Source: Candidatus Saccharimonadota bacterium (GTDB taxonomy: Bacteria; Patescibacteriota; Saccharimonadia; Saccharimonadales; Saccharimonadaceae). From it: 64,000 nt of DNA. The stretch is from the NCBI GenBank assembly GCA_017510075.1, contig JAFWNY010000011.1, forward strand, positions 4,573-68,572. The letters run 5' to 3'. Positions 60,129 through 64,000 of this stretch are shown here, in pieces; position 1 is the first letter of the stretch; every line of letters starts with the position of its first letter. The translations under genes were made by a program, and so were the position numbers. The notes under the pieces were generated by a model. That model saw only the letters and a list, made by a program, of their open reading frames with translations. It had not been told where the DNA came from and searched no databases.

Positions 60129-61472
60129 ATGAGTAAATTAGAAGATATAGTGAGTTTATGTAAGCGGCGTGGATTTGTTTTTCCAGGTAGCGATGTGTAT
60201 GGTGGGTTTGCTGGGACGTGGGATTTTGGGCCGCTGGGTGTGATTTTAAAGAAAAACTTAATGGACGCTTGGTGGCATTATTTCGTGGAAGAGCGGGATG
60301 ATATGTATGGTGTGGACGCGGCTATTTTGATGAATCCGCGCACTTGGGAAGCTTCGGGACATACTGCTACTTTTGCTGATCCGCTTGTAGAGTGTAAAGA
60401 ATGCAAGTCTCGCTTTCGCGCAGATAAGATAGCGGATGGTATTACGGAGTCCGTTACTACGGAGGAGTTTCTTAATACTCATACTAAGTGTCCGGTGTGT
60501 GGCAAGGAAAACTGGGGGCCGATCCGGAAGTTTAATATGATGTTTACTACTCATGTCGGGGCGGTTCTTCCTGATGACGATGCAGAATTGGCAAGCAAGA
60601 ACATTGCTTATTTGAGGCCTGAGACGGCGCAAGGGATTTTTGTAAATTATAAGAATGTTGTGGATACGATTTATCCTTCGCTGCCTTTTGGTATTGCGCA
60701 GCAGGGTAAAGCGTTTCGAAATGAGATTTCGCCGAGGGATTTTATCCTTAGGGATAGGGAATGCTCTCAGATGGAGATCGAGTATTTTGTGGCGCCGGAT
60801 ACGTGGGAGGAAAATTTTGAGAAGATGCGCGGACTGCAGCATGACTTTCTTGAGAAGGTCGTGGGTTTGCCAGCCGAGAGCATTCACGAATATGAAGTGC
60901 CGGCCGGTGATAGGGCACATTACTCCAAGCGTACTATTGATTTTATGTTTGATTATCCAAATGGGTCGGAAGAGTTGATGGGGCTGGCTTATCGGACGGT
61001 CTTTGATCTAAATAATATCCAGCGAGAGTCTGGCAAGTCTATGGAATATCGGGATAAGCAGACGGGCGAGACTTTTGTGCCGCATGTGATTGAGCCTTCT
61101 GTCGGTGTGGAACGGCTTTTCTTGGCGGTGCTTGCTAGTGCTTATTGTGAAGATGAGATCGATGGCAATAAGCGGATCGTGTTGAAGTTCCCTGAGAATT
61201 TAGCTCCGTACAAATATTGCGTATCGCCACTGCTGAAAAATAAGCCGGAATTGGTCGAGAAGGCGCGAGTCGTATATGAGCAATTGAAGCAGAAATATAC
61301 TTTTGTTACATGGGACGATTCGGGTAATATTGGAAAGCGTTATCGTAAGCAGGATGAGATTGGCACTCCGAAGTGTGTTGTGATTGACTTTGATACGCTT
61401 GATGACGATACTGTGACGGTGCGTGATCGTGATACGACAGAGCAAGTGCGAATAGAAATTGCAAAATTATAA
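60129..61472 (+). CDS. glyQS: Glycine--tRNA ligase (alpha2 type)
   Basis: LRPETAQG, FRNEISP, AHYS, IEPSVG, DEIGTP. Confidence 0.96.
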   Translation: MSKLEDIVSLCKRRGFVFPGSDVYGGFAGTWDFGPLGVILKKNLMDAWWHYFVEERDDMYGVDAAILMNPRTWEASGHTATFADPLVECKECKSRFRADKIADGITESVTTEEFLNTHTKCPVCGKENWGPIRKFNMMFTTHVGAVLPDDDAELASKNIAYLRPETAQGIFVNYKNVVDTIYPSLPFGIAQQGKAFRNEISPRDFILRDRECSQMEIEYFVAPDTWEENFEKMRGLQHDFLEKVVGLPAESIHEYEVPAGDRAHYSKRTIDFMFDYPNGSEELMGLAYRTVFDLNNIQRESGKSMEYRDKQTGETFVPHVIEPSVGVERLFLAVLASAYCEDEIDGNKRIVLKFPENLAPYKYCVSPLLKNKPELVEKARVVYEQLKQKYTFVTWDDSGNIGKRYRKQDEIGTPKCVVIDFDTLDDDTVTVRDRDTTEQVRIEIAKL

Positions 61473-61501
61473 AAATATCCCCCTTGGAGGGGGATATTTT
61501 T
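61473..61501. terminator. Bidirectional terminator
   Basis: AAAATATCCCCCT-TGG-AGGGGGATATTTT. Confidence 0.8.
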
Positions 61502-62102
61502 AGAGTTCCTCGATGGTTTTCTTGGCCTTCTCTACGGTGTCTTTGATGGTGTTTTTGACTCTTAATTCTGGGTGGGCATCTAGGTAGCGCTCGATGGAGC
61601 TAGCGATAACTTTCTTTGCCGACTTTGCGTCTTCGAAGGCTTTGACCTCGGTGGTGCCAGGCTTCTTTAGGTCTTTGTAATGATTGAAGTGGAACTCGAT
61701 TTGCTTTAGAGTCTGTGCGGGTAAGTCCTCGAGGCTATTATAAGCGTCGCCGTTATTACGGTCGTCAGCTGGGACACAGATGATTTTGTCGTCTACTTCG
61801 CCGCCATCTACGAATTTCATGACACCGAGGATTTTGGCTTTCATCCAGATGCCGGTAGTGAGTGGCTGCTCGGTGATCATGAGGACGTCGAGCTCGTCGC
61901 CGTCTTCGTCCAGAGTCTGGGGAATGAAACCGTAATTGCAGGGCTTGGCGAAAGCGATTGGCTCAACACGGTCGAGCATGAAACAGGCATGCTCGCGATC
62001 CCATTCGATTTTATGATTGGACCCGGTGGGGATTTCGATGACGACGTTGAGTTCGCCTTTTTCATAGTCACCGGGGGTTAAGATTTTGTTAAAATCTGCC
62101 AT
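61500..62102 (-). CDS. ppa: Inorganic pyrophosphatase (family I)
   Basis: NYGFIPQTL, DGDELD, DDKII. Confidence 0.96.
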   Translation of the reverse strand: MADFNKILTPGDYEKGELNVVIEIPTGSNHKIEWDREHACFMLDRVEPIAFAKPCNYGFIPQTLDEDGDELDVLMITEQPLTTGIWMKAKILGVMKFVDGGEVDDKIICVPADDRNNGDAYNSLEDLPAQTLKQIEFHFNHYKDLKKPGTTEVKAFEDAKSAKKVIASSIERYLDAHPELRVKNTIKDTVEKAKKTIEEL

Positions 62103-62160
62103 GAAAATAACTCCTTATATTATATATACGATTATATCATAAAATGATGAGATGGGTAGG

Positions 62161-63498
62161 CTAGTCGGCCCAGAAATCTTCGGGATTGGAGATGACATCG
62201 ATATTGATTACGGTGGATTCGCCGGTCTGGAAATTTTTGGCCTGGAAAGTCTTGGAGGTGACCTCTGACTCGCCGATAACTATGCCGTTTTTGGCGACCT
62301 TGGCGGCGTAGGAGATCCTGTCGCCGAGCTTTTTGCCGGAATAGATGATGGTGACGGTGTGACCTTTGGCGCGGAGTTTGTCGGCGACACTGATGCTCTC
62401 GTCGTATTCGTGCTCGGACATGGGGATGAGGCAGTAATCGAGGAGGCTGTCGGTGATAGGGTCGAGGAGATTGGCTTCATTTAGGATGAAGAATAAGCGG
62501 GTGAGGCCAATAGAACCACCAACGCCTGGGAAGGGCTGGTCGGAGAAGTGCTTGGTGAGGTTGTCATAGCGACCGCCACCGGCGATGGAGCCGATATTCT
62601 TGTGCTCAGGGAGGATAAACTCAAATACAGTGCCGGTGTAGTAGTCTAGCCCGCGGATGATTTTCATATCGGCGGAAATTTGGTCGGCGAGGCCGGCAGA
62701 CTCGAGAAGATAGAGGGTTTGATCGAGCTCGGTGACGCCTTCTAGGTAAAGAGGATCGGTGATCTCGAGATTGCCTAGAGTGGCGACGACTTCGGAGCGA
62801 GGCCCGTGGAGGTCGATGAAGGCCAGGAGCTTTTTGACGGTGGATTTATCGAGACCGAGGGCCTCGAAGTCAAACTTGGTTTGCTCGGGTGTGACTTTCT
62901 CGGCGTGGTCAATAATGCTCATGATATCGGATGACTTGTCGTTGAGATCGAGGGAATTTAAGAACCCGGTGAGGATTTTGCGATTGTTGATGCGGGCGAG
63001 GATGAGAGTGTCGAGATTGAAAGAATTGAGTGCTGCGAGGAGGGTAGAGATGACGTCGGCGTCGTAGGCAAGAGGTAGCTCGCCGCGGCCGATGACGTCG
63101 ATATCCAGCTGGTAGAATTCGCGGAAACGACCTTTCTGGGCGCGCTCGCCGCGGAAGTTGAGCCCGAGCTGGGAGACTTTGAAGGGGAAGGTAAGGCTAT
63201 TCTCGTGCTCGACGATGTAGCGAGCCAAAGGTACAGTGTGATCGAAGCGCAGTGCTTGATCGGCGGACTCGATGGACTTGTCGCCGGTCTTGATGAGCTT
63301 GTAGACTTGCTTCTCGGTGTCGCCGCCGGCTTTGGCGAGGAGAATCTCGGTGCGCTCGATGGTGGGTGTCTCGATCTCGTGGTAGCCGTGACTGTGATAG
63401 ATGCGGGAAATATTGTGCTTTAGATTGTTGAAAATGGCTTGAGCTTCGGGGAGGAGCTCTTGGGTGCCAGAGACTTTGGAGGTATTAATCTTTTTCAT
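62161..63498 (-). CDS. hisS: Histidine--tRNA ligase
   Basis: LRFDHT, GRFREFYQ, RGLDYY, GGGRYD. Confidence 0.96.
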   Translation of the reverse strand: MKKINTSKVSGTQELLPEAQAIFNNLKHNISRIYHSHGYHEIETPTIERTEILLAKAGGDTEKQVYKLIKTGDKSIESADQALRFDHTVPLARYIVEHENSLTFPFKVSQLGLNFRGERAQKGRFREFYQLDIDVIGRGELPLAYDADVISTLLAALNSFNLDTLILARINNRKILTGFLNSLDLNDKSSDIMSIIDHAEKVTPEQTKFDFEALGLDKSTVKKLLAFIDLHGPRSEVVATLGNLEITDPLYLEGVTELDQTLYLLESAGLADQISADMKIIRGLDYYTGTVFEFILPEHKNIGSIAGGGRYDNLTKHFSDQPFPGVGGSIGLTRLFFILNEANLLDPITDSLLDYCLIPMSEHEYDESISVADKLRAKGHTVTIIYSGKKLGDRISYAAKVAKNGIVIGESEVTSKTFQAKNFQTGESTVINIDVISNPEDFWAD

Positions 63499-63584
63499 AT
63501 ATTAATTATAGCACGGATAAAAAAAATAGGCTAGAGAGCCTATCTGTATTATGAAATATTCTTGACGTGGTGTCAAGAATGTTG

Positions 63585-63661
63585 TGGTGGGCGATAGAGG
63601 AGTCGAACCTCTGACCTCGTCTACGTCAAAGACGCGCTCTAGCCAACTGAGCTAACCGCCC
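63585..63661 (-). tRNA. tRNA-Val(GAC)
   Basis: CGTCT-TTGACGT-AGACG anticodon arm, CCA end. Confidence 0.95.
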
Positions 63662-63694
63662 GTGGAGGTGATCTTCCTATATAGGTGCACGATA

Positions 63695-63771
63695 TGGTGA
63701 GGCGGGAGGGGCTCGAACCCTCGACACCGGGCTTAAAAGGCCCGTGCTCTAACCAGCTGAGCTACCGCCCC
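63695..63771 (-). tRNA. tRNA-Lys(TTT)
   Basis: CGGGC-CTTTTAA-GCCCG anticodon arm, CCA end. Confidence 0.95.
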
Positions 63772-64000
63772 AGGATGGTGTGTGTCTATTATAGCACATT
63801 TTCGAAAAAGATGCTAGGCATAGTTCTAGATATGTTCTAGATATGGTTGTGGAAAAGTCGAAAAATGGGTAAATTGATGCGAAACAAAATGAAAAATGTA
63901 GTATAATGGTAAGTGCAACAGTTTAATATTTGTAGTAGGCATCAGCCTATTTTATAGACTACTACAATAGAAGGTAATGATGGCACCGTTTGGGAAGCCG

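Noticed and set aside
63977-64000. Gene start at the right edge of the window
   Set aside because: Only about 8 codons visible, so it cannot be assigned

Overview
This window looks like chromosome of a host-associated Saccharibacteria (TM7/CPR)-like bacterium. That call is inferred from compact genes, standard stop codons, an arginine deiminase cluster, an HTH-MurA fusion and a strongly G-skewed + strand. Most of it is housekeeping: rnj, lemA/htpX, ligA, pcrA, murA, pgk, pyk, ftsH, pepN, pgi, arcC/argF/arcA/transporter, gpmI, galU, clpC/clpP, rnhA, rpmA, xseAB, recO, tyrS, glyQS, ppa, hisS and eight tRNAs. The main system is a complete diversity-generating retroelement (DGR) at about 2.1-7.0 kb. 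It comprises a secreted FISUMP/CLec target with a variable repeat (VR), an enlarged Avd-like gene, a DGR reverse transcriptase (RT) and a template repeat (TR) downstream of RT. All 24 coding VR/TR mismatches fall on TR adenines. Unusual DGR traits are a 113-bp nearly adenine-free shared tail and a fused accessory protein. Other candidates: a DUF3800 gene flanked by structured RNAs; a tRNA-Leu island pairing a cytosine-type thymidylate-synthase homologue with a Mom-like GNAT protein; a covarying palindromic repeat family with a possibly related in-frame palindrome inside ligA; a type I toxin-antitoxin-like locus; and a four-domain cell-wall hydrolase flanked by paralogues. All family calls come from motifs recognised by eye, not from database searches.
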